DNA of 64,000 nt, taken from the NCBI GenBank assembly GCA_963924565.1, contig OZ004614.1:8060001-8124000 (forward strand), in the 5' to 3' direction. Source of the stretch: Ascidiella aspersa. Taxonomy: Eukaryota. Position numbers and translations under genes: made by a program. Positions 37,027-51,566 of the stretch are shown in pieces (the stretch's first letter is position 1; each line of letters starts with the position of its first letter). The notes beneath the pieces were generated by a model. That model was not told the DNA's origin, did no database searches, and was given only the letters and a program-made list of their open reading frames with translations.

Positions 37027-40000
37027 AGTACTTTTTTTCAGTCTTTCCTGCTTGCATCATTGAGCGACAGAATCGGTTAATCTGCGTTGGCTTCAGGTAT
37101 ATTTCATATAAGCGTTTAAAATACCATACTGCCAATTATACGCTGTATAGTAACATGACGGGACTGTATTTTAAAGACACTGGCGGTTTCAAAACACCTT
37201 AAAAAACACTGCTGGTGGGTAAAATCGACACTCTGGGCTGTCTCGCAAAATAGCAATTTGCAAATGTCAAGGCGGGGTTTGCAACCCCCAAGACCCCGCC
37301 AAGCTGCCTGTCAAAACTCGCCTCTTCCAATAACTGGCGTTCCTGCGATGCCCCGGCCCTAGCAAGTATCGGATTTCGCGCTGTTGCAACATTGCGGTTT
37401 CGCGCAACTCGAAGCGACCTGTGAGTCAAGACAGTCAGCCCGCCGCTCGCTGATTGGCTGTGATCGTTGTCACGTGATCTGTCGTCTGTTTTTTTTTTGC
37501 GTCTTTTGAAATTCCTAATTTGGTTGCACGGTTTCCACGATTTGTGTGTGTTGGTCTGCCCCGGTTGTTGTTTCGTCTCGTCTGCTCGCTTTTTTGTTGG
37601 TTTGTTTTGCGGCGAGACTCTTCTAAAGAGCTGCTGTAATACGACGACGTCTCAGTTTTTTGTATAAGGTAAAGTGGATCTGCCTTCGTGCGAATTGTGA
37701 ACAATACACATTCCTGGTGTCTTTTTCAGGTTCATTATTATTGGCTTTTTATCTAAAGCCCTGGTTTAACCCAGAGAAATAAAATTATAATTGTTTTTCA
37801 TAAAACTCAGACCATTTAAAAATGGAATTCCGGAAAAAAAGGGAATTTTAGTTCATCCTTCTTAAGTGGGTACTTCAGCGTAGCTAGACCACCGAAATGG
37901 CTTTTTTTTAAGAAGTGCGAAACCCAAAACATCCATCATTGTTGCTTCCCTGAAAAGCTTAAATGAAAGGAGCATTTTTTGAGATGCGGCGACGCAGTAT
38001 TTGTGTTACGCTGAGCGATACAAAACCTGGGGTGCAATTCGATCATCTTATACTGCATACAAAAGCAGAAAATCAAAAAAACCCTTTGTTCGAATTGCCC
38101 CGGTCGGCCACAGCAAGCTAAATCCAGCACGTCGCCACCAAGTACCAGCATATAGAGACCGATCGTTATCTAAATCTGGAGAAAGCCGACAAACCCGTAT
38201 CGTTTACAGTTTGTCACCTCGTCGTAATTTGACCGTTGCGCATAAACCGCTCCGTTTCCGTCAGTTGACCGACTGACCAGGGGTTAATCCGGCACGGGAC
38301 CCCCCACCCCGGCGATATTTTTATGGGGGGCTTCTAAAAAGCGTGCAACTTCGAGAAAGGTTAAACCTGTGTTGTTTGCCGGCGGGCCGCGAAGCTCTTA
38401 CAGTTTGGCAAGTTTTACTGGGCTACATCAATTTTGGTTGTTGAATATAAAAGCTTTAGCCTGGTTATTTTATGTTAAAATGTAAATCAAATGAAAATTT
38501 GGCCGAATTCCTGCATCCCAAGACCTATAAGTGGGCACGATCTATCGGTTATAAATTAAGGATTAATTGCACGTGGTATTAGTGTACACTGTTTAGCCAC
38601 AGCAACATACTATACTGACCCTTTAATGATGTCTCATTAAATGTTTTAAGAAGAGTATATAATTACTGGGTTAAACTGCCTACAGACAATTATCTTGCTT
38701 TTTAACTTTTTGCCCGTCATTTTACCTATTCAGTAAAAGGCACTAAAATGCCAAGAAAAAGGTGAGAACAAGCGAACACTTTTGGCAATTGATTTTTACT
38801 CTTTTTTTTGCAACGCGCAACAGACCCCTACTGCAAATTCAAGGACGCGGCGTCGCCGGTTGCTCGGCTATTTTTGCCCGCAGACTTGATACGAGTATCC
38901 GTTTGACAAGCTTGGGGTCTTGAGAAGCGTCTCGCAATGACCAAGCAAAGCCGAGAAACTAAAAAATAACAAGACAGCAAACAGTCATTGATCTTCGCTT
39001 AGAATCGGACGGTTTTGGTCGCCCTTGTCTTGGCGAGATAGACACACAGCGCCGTTTTATCTGGCCACCGCATTGCAGGGGCTTTGCGTCCAGGCCGCCT
39101 CTAATCCCTTAATGAACCGGTATCAGGACGTCTGTCAATTCGGTCAGGGAAATTAGCGCTTGCCGCTTGCGCGACTGCAAAATAGCCGCGCTTCTCTATC
39201 TAGTGTTGGTCACTATTTAAGGCAACTGCCCGGCCTTATCGCCGCCGGCTTCGTTTCGCTGCTCGAAGATGAATTGGCGAATATCCCGGAGTGGCAGTTG
39301 GCGATTTTTGACCTGAAGCACTTCTGTGGGTCTTTAGCAAGTCTGCACGCTATTTTTTTAGACAATTTCATCATCTCCTTTTGCCCTATTGGAATAAAAA
39401 AAAACGGAGCACAAGCAAATTGATTTCTAATTTGGGCTAACATCGGTGTAAAATTTGAACCGAAAAGTCTAGAGATTGTATTTTAAATTCTTCTTATTGT
39501 AGTCAAACAGTAGTAACGCCTGTTGGCTGGTATCTAATTTGAATGTTAACCTTTACATGTAATAAATTCTGTAAGTTTGCCAAGCAAGGAGCGGCCCAAA
39601 TCCGCAGAAACGATTGACAGGCGAACTTGCAGTAATTGCAGCATTCCTGACCAGTCGAAGCGATACAAAGACCTCAAAGCGGGAGTGAGATAATCATTAA
39701 AATAAGTAAAAGGCTGGTAAAACGAGCAAGAAAGTCACTTAACTTTAAACGAAAGCGGCACGTGATTTGCTAATCCCTGGGGCGACTCCTTGTCCGTGAC
39801 TCTAGGACACAAGAGATATCCAGGTCTGTACAGCACTTTGCGTCGGGGGGGGAGTGGTCCGCAGATAATGGGACCTTTATCATGTCAGAGCGATGGACCG
39901 AACGTTTATAGCTTCTCGAGTTTGGCGCTCGGAAAATCAGCACCGCCACCCGCTTGACGATTATTATCTAAGTCACGTGCTTCTGACGCGCGCCACTCTT

Positions 40001-40797
40001 CCTCTGTGACGTCATACACAGGGTCGGCAGTGGACGTCGGTTGAGTCCGTCAATTTTTCTTATTTTGCCTTTACAGAGGTTTGAATGTATCTTTATGGTG
40101 ACATAACAAATATCGCGTTTTAAAAGATCGTTGCGGACAATCATAGCGCAAATTTTTTTTTTTTTTTTTTTCATTTATTTTAGTTTCTGGCTCTAATTTT
40201 GTGTAAACATTTATCACTCATGCGGCTCACCTATAAAAATAGGTTTAAAAGGCACCATAAAGTGATTACAGCGCCTGTAAATGTACATTTTTATGAGTTT
40301 TGTCGACTGCGCGCAAACGTAACATTTAGCATTCTATGTTTTGTCTTCGAAGTATACACTTTTATTTAAATTTAACCTACGCCTCCTCGTCACGTGTTAA
40401 GTTGGGCGTTTAGGAAACCAGTGGCAGATAAACAAAATATACGCTCGGGTCAAAAATTTCACAGTTTTTTATCTGCAATTTTTTTCTACCCACTCGTTTA
40501 TACTTATCACATGACAAGGTGCTTATGCTCGATCGTCACCTGAAAACCACCCAAGCCGCGTAGAACAACATTTGCGATTGCAGTCAGCACCAACTTTTCA
40601 TATTTTTCAGCCATTTTTGTAAAGCCTTACGCATCCGGACACATCGACCTTTTTGTGTAACCCAGTAAGGGTTTTAAATTTTTTAAAGTGCGCTATGGCG
40701 AAATTCCACCACGTATAAATTTCACATCGCCAGTATTTCGTTAGCGCACATAAATATTGCTTTATTACAAAGAAATGTATTGTTTTGGAACACAAAT

Positions 40798-40990
40798 CAC
40801 GTTTTTTTTAGTAATTTCAATAAAACTACCAAAGCCATTATATTCGATAAAATCGACATTTCGCTGTTACAAACGTTTAATACTTGTACTTCTACCCTGA
40901 AACCGGCATGAAGCATTGCCGAAACTTTGTAACAGCAAAATGTCGCTATTATCGAATATAATGGTTTAGTATTTTTATTTAAATGTTTTA
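40798..40990. mobile_element. Degenerate palindromic copy of the 20908/60251 family
   Basis: Left arm aaagccattatattcgataaaatcgacatttcgctgttacaaacgttt; right arm gaaactttgtaacagcaaaatgtcgctattatcgaatataatggttt; GGCA..TGCC stem II remnant at 40905-40920. Confidence 0.7.
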
Positions 40991-41757
40991 TATTCACTGG
41001 TTTTTATCTGGATTTTGCATTATGCAAATCAAAAAAATATGAAGCCTTACCGAAAAAAATAGTGTTAAATAAGATAAGGAACCTTGGGCCTTGGCTATAG
41101 TATGAAAATGACTTTCCCAGTCATCCAGCCATAAGACAAACGGAAGCGATTTGTGCAAAACCACGCCAAACCGCCAACAGAGATATTGGCTCGCCAGCAG
41201 CGGTCAGCCGGTGGTCAGTCAGACAGTGGTCAGAATAGCGCGAAGCCTTCGCGGCACGCAAACGCGGCATTTCTCAGCGTCACGAAGAGCGACAGGGGCC
41301 CTTGTCAATCGCCCGTAGCCTGACTCACGATTGGTCGCCGCCGTACGGTCGCGCAGCCCTGATCTTAGACCTTTCGAGACGGTTTTGGCGTTTATAGTTA
41401 TTTGGGAATGCAATCTGACAGCTGTTGTTTCGCTGTTTATGAGTCAGAGCTTGGCTGGGCATTTTACTCGCTCGTTTGTATCGTAAATATCACTCGCGAA
41501 GTTTGCACGGCGATTGGACAGAATTTAACTTTTAACTTTGTATACGATAGCGCTTGTTTTCTAAAAGCTACGAAACATTGTCTTGTCACATTTCCAGCTT
41601 TACACGATAGGGTATTTAACCGTACCTTCATTCAAATCAGTTTTGCAAGCAATATTTGTGGTTGGAGGTTTCTTCAGGGTCATGTTTTATCCGATTTCAC
41701 CCAAAAAGTGGGGGTTTTCGAGTCCAGGAGTGCCTTAAACCCTTAAATGGGGCTAAA

Positions 41758-42073
41758 CAGTGTTTGTTAAACTGGGGTCTATGGACCCCTGGAAGGTCCG
41801 TGAACTAATTTTAGGGGGTCCATGAAGGCCAATTGAAATATTAATGTATATCTAAGAAGTAAGTAAATTTTCAAGAAAAAAAGTTTAACTAAAAATAAAA
41901 CGTTTCACCGCTGAATGTATTTTACTTTATTTTACGCATATTTCTGAAAGTCTATTTGCATTGTGACGCAAATTTATGGCGTTATTTTTCAAAAATATCT
42001 TGCCTACGGTGGTCCACGCGAAGCAAAAAACAAATTTAAGGGCTCCGCGGTAAAAAAAATTCAGGAACCCCTG
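41758..42073. mobile_element. Old hAT (Charlie-like) MITE
   Basis: CAGTGTTTGTTAAAC..GGAACCCCTG termini; ggggtcc/ggacccc subterminal motifs; flanks GGCTAAAC / GGTTAAAT resemble a decayed 8-bp TSD. Confidence 0.65.
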
Positions 42074-42524
42074 GGTTAAATGATGAACCACATCTTAAAA
42101 TCGTGTTTTTAGGGCGTTAATGGGGCGTCTGACGCTACGACGACTGATAGCGCTCGGCGCGTTTCGCGTCTAAGGCCCATAGCGGGGTTTTGCGTGGGGC
42201 GGGGGCCCGGGGGGTCACGCCGGCGCCCTGGACATCCCGGAACCCCTCGGAACTTGTCACGCGCGGTGTTGAACTGCGGAAGAACTGAGACGGACACCTG
42301 GATATGGGACGAGCATTGAACGCCGCAGTAGCGTAACCAACGAGTTGACAGCACGTGATAGAAATGCTACTTTCCCTCACGCGGCATACATCTGTCATTG
42401 ACTGACGTGTCCTATACTTTAACAGTCGATGAGTACATTCGGCCCTTGGTGGAAATAATACGTAAAAATTAGGAGTGGTTGAAACTGTTTTTGACCCAAC
42501 GAAATGCTTAGTTTCGTTTTTTTA

Positions 42525-42558
<34 letters not shown>

Positions 42559-42841
42559 AATTGAAAAAAAAAACTTTTTTTAGTCTTGAAAACGGTTTGA
42601 AGCGACAGGTTTGAATATCCGTGCAATTTACGGCACATAAAAGTAGCAAGCCTCAGTTTCGTCTTCTGATTCGTTTGCGCGCGTCCTTTATAAACGCGGC
42701 AATTAAAAGAAAGTCGAGAAGCCCAAGAAACGTTTTTTCTTCATTTTCTTCATACTGTGGTTTGTCGCGTATTGAAATAGAAACAAACGCGCGACAAACA
42801 AGACATTTCCCCGCTATCGGAATTTTCGACTTTTTTATTGC

Positions 42842-43047
42842 GATGCCGATAGAGAGTATGGACAAAATGCATCGCGATCCGACAACACATGACGTCAGTA
42901 TTATACACAAACAAATTAAGTTGCAACTTTATAAAAATCCTATATGATTTTTTTAACACTGCCGATCCACCCTAGTATCGGACGAGTACGGATACCAGCA
43001 CTTGGCATCGGGTATCGGCACCATTCCGATATTATCACACATCCCTA
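42842..43047. mobile_element. Internally deleted copy of the 14493 family
   Basis: cgcgatccgac..tgacgtca, tagtatcggacgagtacggatac, ends acatcccta. Confidence 0.7.
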
Positions 43048-46000
43048 CCCGGAAGCCGTGAAGCGAGCAGGTCAAAGATCGCATCCGTGTTTCCTGTACC
43101 CGCAATAACAGCAACAATCGCACTAAACGGGGTTCGCAAAATTCTTTGGCCGGATGCCGAGCCGCTTTTTCCCGCGTCCGCCAATAACTTTCCCGAGCCC
43201 GGTCGCTAGCCGCGGAAACCGAATTACTTCTTCAGTGACGCGTGGCCGCTGATGCGCATACCACATTCGCAGGCGTAACGTCCGCATACCACATCTGCCA
43301 GCACCCTGAAACCGCTCGACTGTCGCAGGTCACCTGGCACGGGCCACTTTCTTTAATGTCGCTGCATAGAGGCGGCACCCTGCGTTTTTGATGTGCTTGG
43401 GGTTGGGGCGAGGTCTTGGGGCCTTTGACTTGGCATGAAGCCGTAATTTGATTTCGCCCCGCCTGCGGTTTTGCAGCATATGGCTTGATCTTAAGCGGGG
43501 AGAGATTTTGTTATGCTAATTGCATCAGAGGTATGCTGCATGTGCGCCAATGCTGCGACGCCCATAAAGGTAAAATTTGACGTTTAGTGGATAAGCCAAA
43601 AAGGTTGTGGGTGGAAATTTGCAAAACCGCCCCCAATTTGGCGCCAACCTTGTGTTTCCGAATTCTGCGACAATGAAATGTCATATTCCGGCGATAAAAG
43701 TGAATTTATCGGAATTCAACGCACAAATATTTGTCGTCATTAAAGGCACTGTTCAATATTTATGAATGGTACATCATTCTTCGTCAAACTTTATTTTGCG
43801 AAAGATGGCGTTTTTACTGTGAGGACCCTATTTTCCTACATATCCCTATTTTTTATACACTCAAAAAAAATTCTTCCCGAATTATTCTCGGGGCGCTTCT
43901 GACCCCAAAATAGACACCCCTTTATTATTGCAACGCCGCAATTTGTTTTGATTCACACCAAAAAACGGAAAGATTAGTCGTCACGGCGCGCATCTTTCCC
44001 ATAACTTTTTGCCACCCCCTAAAAACGGACCACATTTGGTCGTGTCCCCCGGATTTGGGGAGCATTCCCTCTCCGCGTGCATCAACCAGTGCGTTTTTAA
44101 CGTCTCTCAAACTTCTCTAAGAAGGGTTGTTTAATATATTTCTGTAACTACACAATAGAGCAGGCGTTGGGTTGGGAATAAAAGCCAGATATTCTTCGTT
44201 GTGTTTCCATGAGAGCCATATATTATTTTTTCTAGTAATGGGTTGGAAAGAATACCAATTTAAACAGAGCCCTTTATTTTGTTCTCATTTAAAAAAGATA
44301 GCACTTACGAAGCACGAAAAAATCAATTAGCAAAGATGGACAACTTTTTTTACGGAGTCCCGTCGGAAGAGCAGGGCCTTTTGGATATATAGAGATTCCA
44401 TCAAACGGGAAGACAGTCCCGAAAATACAAGTAGGATTCGCGCGAATCGCCGACAAATTTACCACTATGTGTGTGTTAAAAAAAGGAAAAATAAAGTTAA
44501 AAAAGCGGCCGTGACCGCGTGGAGTTTTATGCTAATCATGTTAAGAAAGATAGCTTAAATTTATCTTACAAGCAAGATTCTTTCATCAAATAGATGACGT
44601 CACAAAAAGAGCCATATATAACTCGCGAGCCATAGGTTTCCGACCCCTGCAATAGAGAATATGCACTTATAGACTTGTAGATAAAATAGTCGCGATCTCT
44701 TGAAACTTTCCTGAGCGGTCTTTTTAGCCAACCGTAACACCACGATTTTACGCCAGCTGCGCCTGGGCCCGCTAGCGTGCCAGGGTGGGTTAAATAGGGG
44801 CCTACCCTCACCCTTACCCGACCACGACCCCGGCGAAGCGAGAAAGTTTGTCGCTCGATTTTTCGCCCTCCCGGCCTGACAGACAGGCTTCGCTCGGGCG
44901 AGCAAATCATCATATAATCACGACCGCCGATTGACGTTGTCCGCTACACGTTCACCAGCGCCATTTGTAGCCGATGCTGCGGTTATTTGCCAGCGCGGCT
45001 CTCACGCATGTTTTCGGCAAGCGCCGCCGCCCCTGTCGACAACATCGGGCCGTTTCGAAAAAGGTTCGGCACCCTTTTTCTGTCGATTTTTGTGACTTTT
45101 TTGCGCCTGAAGAAACGGAACCGTTGCTCGTTGAATTGGCCGCCCGATCTGGCTAATAAAGTGGTCTCCTAAGCTGGTGTTTATTCGTTTTTTTGCGTCG
45201 CAGCACGTTTTGCGGTTTGTTTAATTAAACGCGCGCGAATGGAGCATGCAAAATATGCGTTTGTTATGCGTTTGAGGTATAATACGTAGTAACGATGCCA
45301 AAAATATAACGGCGTATATATAATCAATTACCAAACTCGCAAGAATTGGAAATCAGCGCTGCAACGAAATGGTATAAAATGGTCGTTGCAATTCGGAATC
45401 TTGTTCGTTGCGCGCGAGCTTTCAAGTGATTTATTTAAACTATTGCAAAGTGCTTTGCACAGTCCTATAAAATATGCGTTTACTTGAACTACGAATATGA
45501 AATGAATCGTTTTAAAAAACAAATGGAGAGTATATTTTAAACTGACCAAAACGTGGGTTTTAATCTTACACCAAAATATGGGTGTATTATAGAAACTCTA
45601 AATAAAAATGTAATGTGTGAATTTAAACTTCAACAAAAAATATTAAGAGTGCTTATAAACTGCAAATAAAAGTATAAGTGCTTTTAGGCCATATGTAAAA
45701 ACACGGGTCCATTAAATGTTTAACAACGCCACGCGAAAAACAAACGCGTGTGGGGTCCGCTGTATATTCCGAGAAGCGTGCAGCTTTGCATGTTGCCGCG
45801 ACATTTCGCGCCGAGTATAATTCAGCGACAAAAAGTGGAAACGCGTGTCACAGCAGCGCGGCATTGCACCCGCGCCTGGCGTTTCTAACATAAATCACCC
45901 CCTTTAGAGCCCCAAAAGCGTCGGCATTGATCGGCGAGCTGCGTGTCGCTTTCCAGGTCCAAGCAGGCGTGGCGGTGTTGTCGGTTGAAAGCTCACCTGT

Positions 46001-48822
46001 TGTGGAAACAAGACGTAAAACGGCGTAAGGCGAGCACGCGGGCGGTCCTGTACGTTGTCGATGTGCTGGTAACGAGCGTTCAATTTGCCGTGAAAGTCAT
46101 TCCTACGCGCCAAGGGTTGAAAGTCAAGTCTTCCCCGTTTTTTTAGCCCGCCGCTGTATCAATACTCGGCGGTATCCGAAAATAGTCGGGCGGTTTGTGT
46201 TGTTGACTGGAAGGATCCTCGCGTGAGAGTTGTTCCCAGGGGCGCGTGAGAACGACCAGCGTTGGAAAAAGCCCTTTGCGTTCCTGGAATTCGCCCGTGG
46301 TTTATATTTGGCCGAGATGAAGAGGAGATATAATGTCAATCGCCGCCGACGCCATAGTAGCGATTTTTTCTGTAACCTTGTTGATTTGGGGAGGGGCTAG
46401 ATTGGGGGGTTGGGGGTTCGTGACAGCAGCAGGAATATCACTGCTTATTTTGACATGGTTTGATGTCGCCACGTGTGGTCCCACCCGCTTTGTACATGTA
46501 TATAAAAAAAATTAACGTAGCAAAAACGAGTATTACCTTCGTGCTGTTGTGTTCTGGAGTTCACAGCCAAGATTGACGGTTGCATTCCACTTTAGGTTAG
46601 GAGTTACACCCTTACAGTTCCTGTTTTTAGTTTTTTTACAATTTTTTTAGCAGTTTTTTATTACAAAACACGAAAAAAGTCATATCAGGGCTACTTGTGA
46701 CACTTCACAAAATCCCCTTTTCTTGGACACACGTATGACGCGTACAAACGCTTAAGAGGATTCGGTAACCAAACAAACAAATTGCTCGGCGGCGCAAAAC
46801 AAAACTCTCGCCCTCCTTATCTGACGTCAATGGGATAAAATAGTAAAGTGCGTTTTCGGAGAAAAAACAACAACAAAAACAGTTGAAAGACGCCGTCGGA
46901 TGTTGGGCCGTAATACAATTTAAATGCATTAAAATACAGTGAGTTCTTCCTTTGGCGAAACTTCCTTTGTTGACAGTTCCAATCCAGTTTGGACATTACG
47001 CCTTTAGGATTAAAAAAATATTCGCATTTAGTTAGCTGAAATAGCCTTAAAAATTGAAAGTGACCTCTTACCAATCTCGAGGTGGCGGGCCGGATGAAAT
47101 TAATTGGCGGGCCGGATTACGAATATGTGTGCAATTCCAGGCTAATTTTTGTGGCCGTTCTTAATTGCGAGCGGCCACTTTTTTTAAACACTTTTTGGAC
47201 CTTTTCTACCAACAGAGGTTGAGAGCAGACTTTTAGAAGCATTGGCTGGCCGCTTTATAAGTGGGCTTAAAAACTGGAACGGTGCCAGCCTTCCCGCGCT
47301 GCACTTCGCGTGCCCATTGTTCGGTCACAAAGCGCCACTTTCGATTCTCTTCGCCGCCGCGCCCGCAGTGTTACGTCACAGTAGAGCTCCTGTTGACCAC
47401 ACAATGGGGAGACAATTTTCGCCGATGGCGAGTGTCGTGATGGCGCGACGCCAAAGCCCCGCGGATCACAAACAGACACTTGTGAGCCTTAAGGGATTAG
47501 CGGCGACCCCGTCTACCCTTGACACCCCTCCCCAAGCGACGAGCGATAAAAATTTCCTAATGTTTGGCGACACATTTGCGCTTTTGACCAGCACGAGTAT
47601 GTTTAGTAGCCGAGCGGCATTGGCAAACACGGGGCTCCCATCTCTAGTCTTTGCAAGGCACCTTGATTTTGGAATTTGACCTTAGTATGTACGTCGTATA
47701 CGAGCTATATTTTTAATGGTAAAATACCTAAAAAGCAAGTTTCTTTTAAGTGCGTATATATAACGCCCAGCCTCTTTTTTGGTGTATCGAGGCGCTTTAA
47801 TATAAAGCCCCAACAAAATATTGTTAGGTTTCCCCCAGTATAGCGTAACTGTTAAGCTGCTTGTGCCATTTTTGTCGCACAATCCTAAAATATTGACTCC
47901 ATCTAAAGACGGGATTTTGCTTTTAAATAACATTCAGTGAGCACAATGCTTCAAAGGGGCCGCGTCAGGGCCACTCGGCACGCGCGGACGAGGCCACTAT
48001 TCCCACTTAACCCGCTGCAAAAATCACCCAGTGGACCCTTTCGTTTAAAATCCACCGACATGAAAGCGCTCTACGAAAAAAATGGCTCCAATGAGAGCAC
48101 CGCTCGGAATTTGCCGCTTACGCACGCTTCTCGTAAGCGTAAGACGCGTTTTTCGTACGTGACGCATCCGAAATGGGCCGGATCAAACAGGGGCAATGCT
48201 GACCCTATACAAACGAATGGGCGTTTTTGCGCCTCGCATTGCTGTAACCTTACACGCTGTTTGATTTGGCCGCGTCGGTTAAAATCTACAACCGTACATG
48301 TGTGTTGTTTACGTGACGCGTTGGAATGAATCGAACCGATTGAATCCCTCGCCAATCATATCTTTGCTTTCCACCGTTTTGATGCGCTTTCATATTTTTC
48401 CCTTTTTTTTCACGTCTATTTTATAAGTTTTATACCGAAAATTATACCGAATTCGGTCATTACGTTTTCTGTGTCATTTTCTAATTTCCCCTTAGCCGGG
48501 TTATCTTTAATCGTCTTCGTCGATTTGAGCCCCATAAATATTTAGATATCTCCGTGGAACTCTGGCCAGCAACAAAACAGATTGTCACTATGTTTTTTAA
48601 ACCAGATAAAGTTTATCGCCGCTCAGCAACTAAAGCAAAATTTTATTAGAAAAGTCTTTAAGTCCTTTTGATAGGACCTCACTATAGACCTTTAGGGGTC
48701 AACAGATCCCCAACTGAACACCCTGCCCTATATTGAACAATTACGGTCTAACTTTTACCGGTTTATTGTAGCTTAAACTAAACGTCAAGAACACAGCATT
48801 TAATACCTTTGTTTTCTTGAAG

Positions 48823-48969
48823 GCGGCAACAAACTTGTCCAACAGACCTTTCGTCTTAACTGGGCGCTCATCTCGTTCGACAGCGCCACCTACCGGGTGG
48901 ATGAGGACCAGAAACAGCTGGTGGTGACACTGAAGCGTCGTGGCTACCTCGGCGAAACGTCCTTTGTCG
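48823..48969 (+). CDS. FREM2: FREM2/3-like exon F (start of Calx-beta 1; 147 nt, phase 1-1)
   Basis: gttttcttgaAG / GTAGGC. (G)[48 protein letters not shown] continues exon E with no missing residues relative to recalled FREM2. Confidence 0.94.
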
Positions 48970-50622
48970 GTAGGCTTACAAAAAAAAGTAGGCTTACATT
49001 TATAAAAAGTAGGGTTTGGGTCTAAAAGTAAATTTATTGTTTTGGGATTCTTCTTATACACCTTGTTCTTTATAACACCCCACGAAAGAAATCCATTGGT
49101 GTCAGGTCAGTTGAGCGTGGTGGCCATTCAATGCTACCTCTTCTTCCAAGCCAACGCTGTGGAATAACTGTAAGCCTACTTTTTGCCCACCCTGTATATA
49201 TAAATTCGCTGTGAACAAACCCAATCGCACGACATTCTTATTTAGTGGCCATACTTAAAACCCTTAACAGTAGTCCCGGATGAGCTAACTGTGTTTATTT
49301 ATACAAAGTGTTTATGCTTTTTACAATAGAAGTATATCAATGCCCTTTTATCTCATTATAAAAACGAAATATTGTTGGCGACACAAAACGCAATTGGTTG
49401 GGTCCGAAAGTGTCGCCAAAGCCGTATTTGTTTTGGTTTTAAAACGACCACCAAAGCTATAACAAACTACATTAGGTTTTTTAATGGAAAACTGTTAATA
49501 CTCTTCCAAGTGTATCAAAACGGAATATCGGTTCATGGTTTTATTTGTAATTTGCCAAACTTAATGACGATATTTACAGATGACTTTTGGCGGATGTGGC
49601 TTAAACTTTAGTTGACTAAAGGCTACACTTGTGGCAATTTAGAGCTCAACCGCGTCCTAAGCTTATATTGCTTGCACCCCTCCACTAAAAAAAATTGCCG
49701 CCTTTACCCGTTTTACGTCATTAAAATAGCGCTAAGGCGGTGGTCTCCCAAAATTCCTGACAAAAATGCACTTTCAAAGCACCCGCCCCAAAAAAATATA
49801 AAAAACAGCACGCGAGGCACTAACCAGGTGCAATTTCACGCACGAGCGACTTCGCAAATTCCCCAAAATGACGCGTTCAAGGACGTCGGTCAGGCTCTCA
49901 AGGTCAAGTGGCCCTCCCCGCCGCGGTGCGACCCCTTGTGTCCTCGGTCGCAAATTGAAAGTGGTCCTTGGCCCGGTGATGGAACGATGTCTGCCTGTCG
50001 TCCCTGAGTGCGTCTGTAATGCGGCCTTTTAGTCGCGAAATTTATGGAATATTTTGTGTACTAGCGTTTCGAGACGAGTGTGCGGTCTCGCTGCTATAGT
50101 GCCACGTTGGAATGTAGACAGCCTCGTGTTCCAGAAACGTTTGTTAAAAAAGGATTTTGTTTTTCGATTTTTTGGGGGTGGAGGGGTCTTCCGGCTTATC
50201 GTCCAATTGAAACGCTGATAAATTGCCGTATCGTGTGTAAGTGAACTTAAAACCATCATGAAACGATATTTTAACAACTTACTTTAGCTTTTCAATAAAT
50301 AAACCTATGTATGAGAAACATTTATTTGTTTCAATAAGTCTCTCGGGCATGGACTCACGCAATGCATAAACGACTATACGGATGTTTTCTTTGAATAGAA
50401 TAACGACTTTAAATAGGGACGGTTGGTTTTAAGATGAGGCTCGTGCAAAATTGCTGCTGACAACGTAACGTATTAAAACTCAAGGGCAAGCAAAACTGTA
50501 TTTCGCCAATCCATGATTTCTAAAAACATAGTTTTCCTAAAACTCAAAATGTAGTTAGCAGTGTGGTCGTTTTGTCTCGACTATATATATATTTTTTTTA
50601 TGTCCTTCCATTTTCTTTCAAG

Positions 50623-50741
50623 GAATCGCGACACGTGATGGCACGGCAAAGACTGGCGAAGATTTCAAGCGCAAGTCGGCCAACCAAGTCCAGTTTAACC
50701 AAGGTCAAACTACCGCCACGTGGAAAGTCAATATACTGCAG
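50623..50741 (+). CDS. FREM2: FREM2/3-like exon G (Calx-beta 1; 119 nt, phase 1-0)
   Basis: ttttctttcaAG / GTAAAC. (G)[39 protein letters not shown]. Confidence 0.94.
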
Positions 50742-51454
50742 GTAAACAAATGCGGCACTAAAACTAACAGACATTTTCTGCGCGCGTTGCGGATTGGAAT
50801 TATGGCCTAGTTACCGAAGTTATACCGTTTCGGGGAGTTGAAAATTGCGAAACGATTTTCTTGTTCGATACAGCTGTGCTTTAATATTAACAGACTAAAA
50901 AAAACACTTACTGTGTTTCCATTGAAATTTTCCTATTGCCCTTTTTGCCACAATTTTCAGTTATTACCCTTTTCCAATCGAATCGCATTTTCAAAGATAC
51001 ACTTCCGGTTTTTTTGGAACAATTTTTCCCCGATCATTTGTGCCAACTGATAGAGCTTAAGTTTTTGGAATTGATTTATTTCACTCTGGCCGTTTGTAAC
51101 TGATAACCGCCACAGATTTCCTGTGTTTCTTTTCTTACTTATGTTGCCTTCGATCGCTTCGATTTATTGTTCTGCCTATATAGACTTTGTCTCTAAAACC
51201 CTTGTGTTGTTGACTTGTCCGTTTGATTGTTATTTTCACATCAGTTAACTTATATGTATTCGCTTTTTATGTACTCTATTTATTTGTAACAAGTTTTGCC
51301 TTAATTTAATTTAATTTTACCTCGCCGTCCATTGGAACCATCGCTGCTCCGGCCGTATAAAACATGAATGTACTTCTTGTCATACTCTGTGTATTTTAAT
51401 TTCAGCGCCAACGTCAAATAAACATTACTTACTTACTACTTTGTTCTTTGGCAG

Positions 51455-51566
51455 GACGAGGAGTACGAAGAGTCGGAGAACTTCTTCATCGAACTGTCGG
51501 AGCCGGTCATGGCGATCCTGGAGGAGCCGAGCAACACCACGGTCACCATCACTGATCAGGAGGACG
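51455..51566 (+). CDS. FREM2: FREM2/3-like exon H (Calx-beta 1; 112 nt, phase 0-1)
   Basis: ggcAG / GTAAGG. DEEYEESENFFIELSEPVMAILEEPSNTTVTITDQED. Confidence 0.94.

Larger units (their letters stand above)
17525..48822 (+). other. 31,298-nt intron between exons E and F
   Basis: GTAAGT...AG; the flanking exons join as VEDQ-G-GNKL; no intervening FREM-like exon seen. Confidence 0.88.

Noticed and set aside
36490-37680. Recursive splice sites in the giant intron (TAG|GTAAGG at ~36499, AAG|GTAAAG at ~37668)
   Set aside because: The first lacks a pyrimidine tract and the second lacks YAG; unsupported without nascent RNA data.
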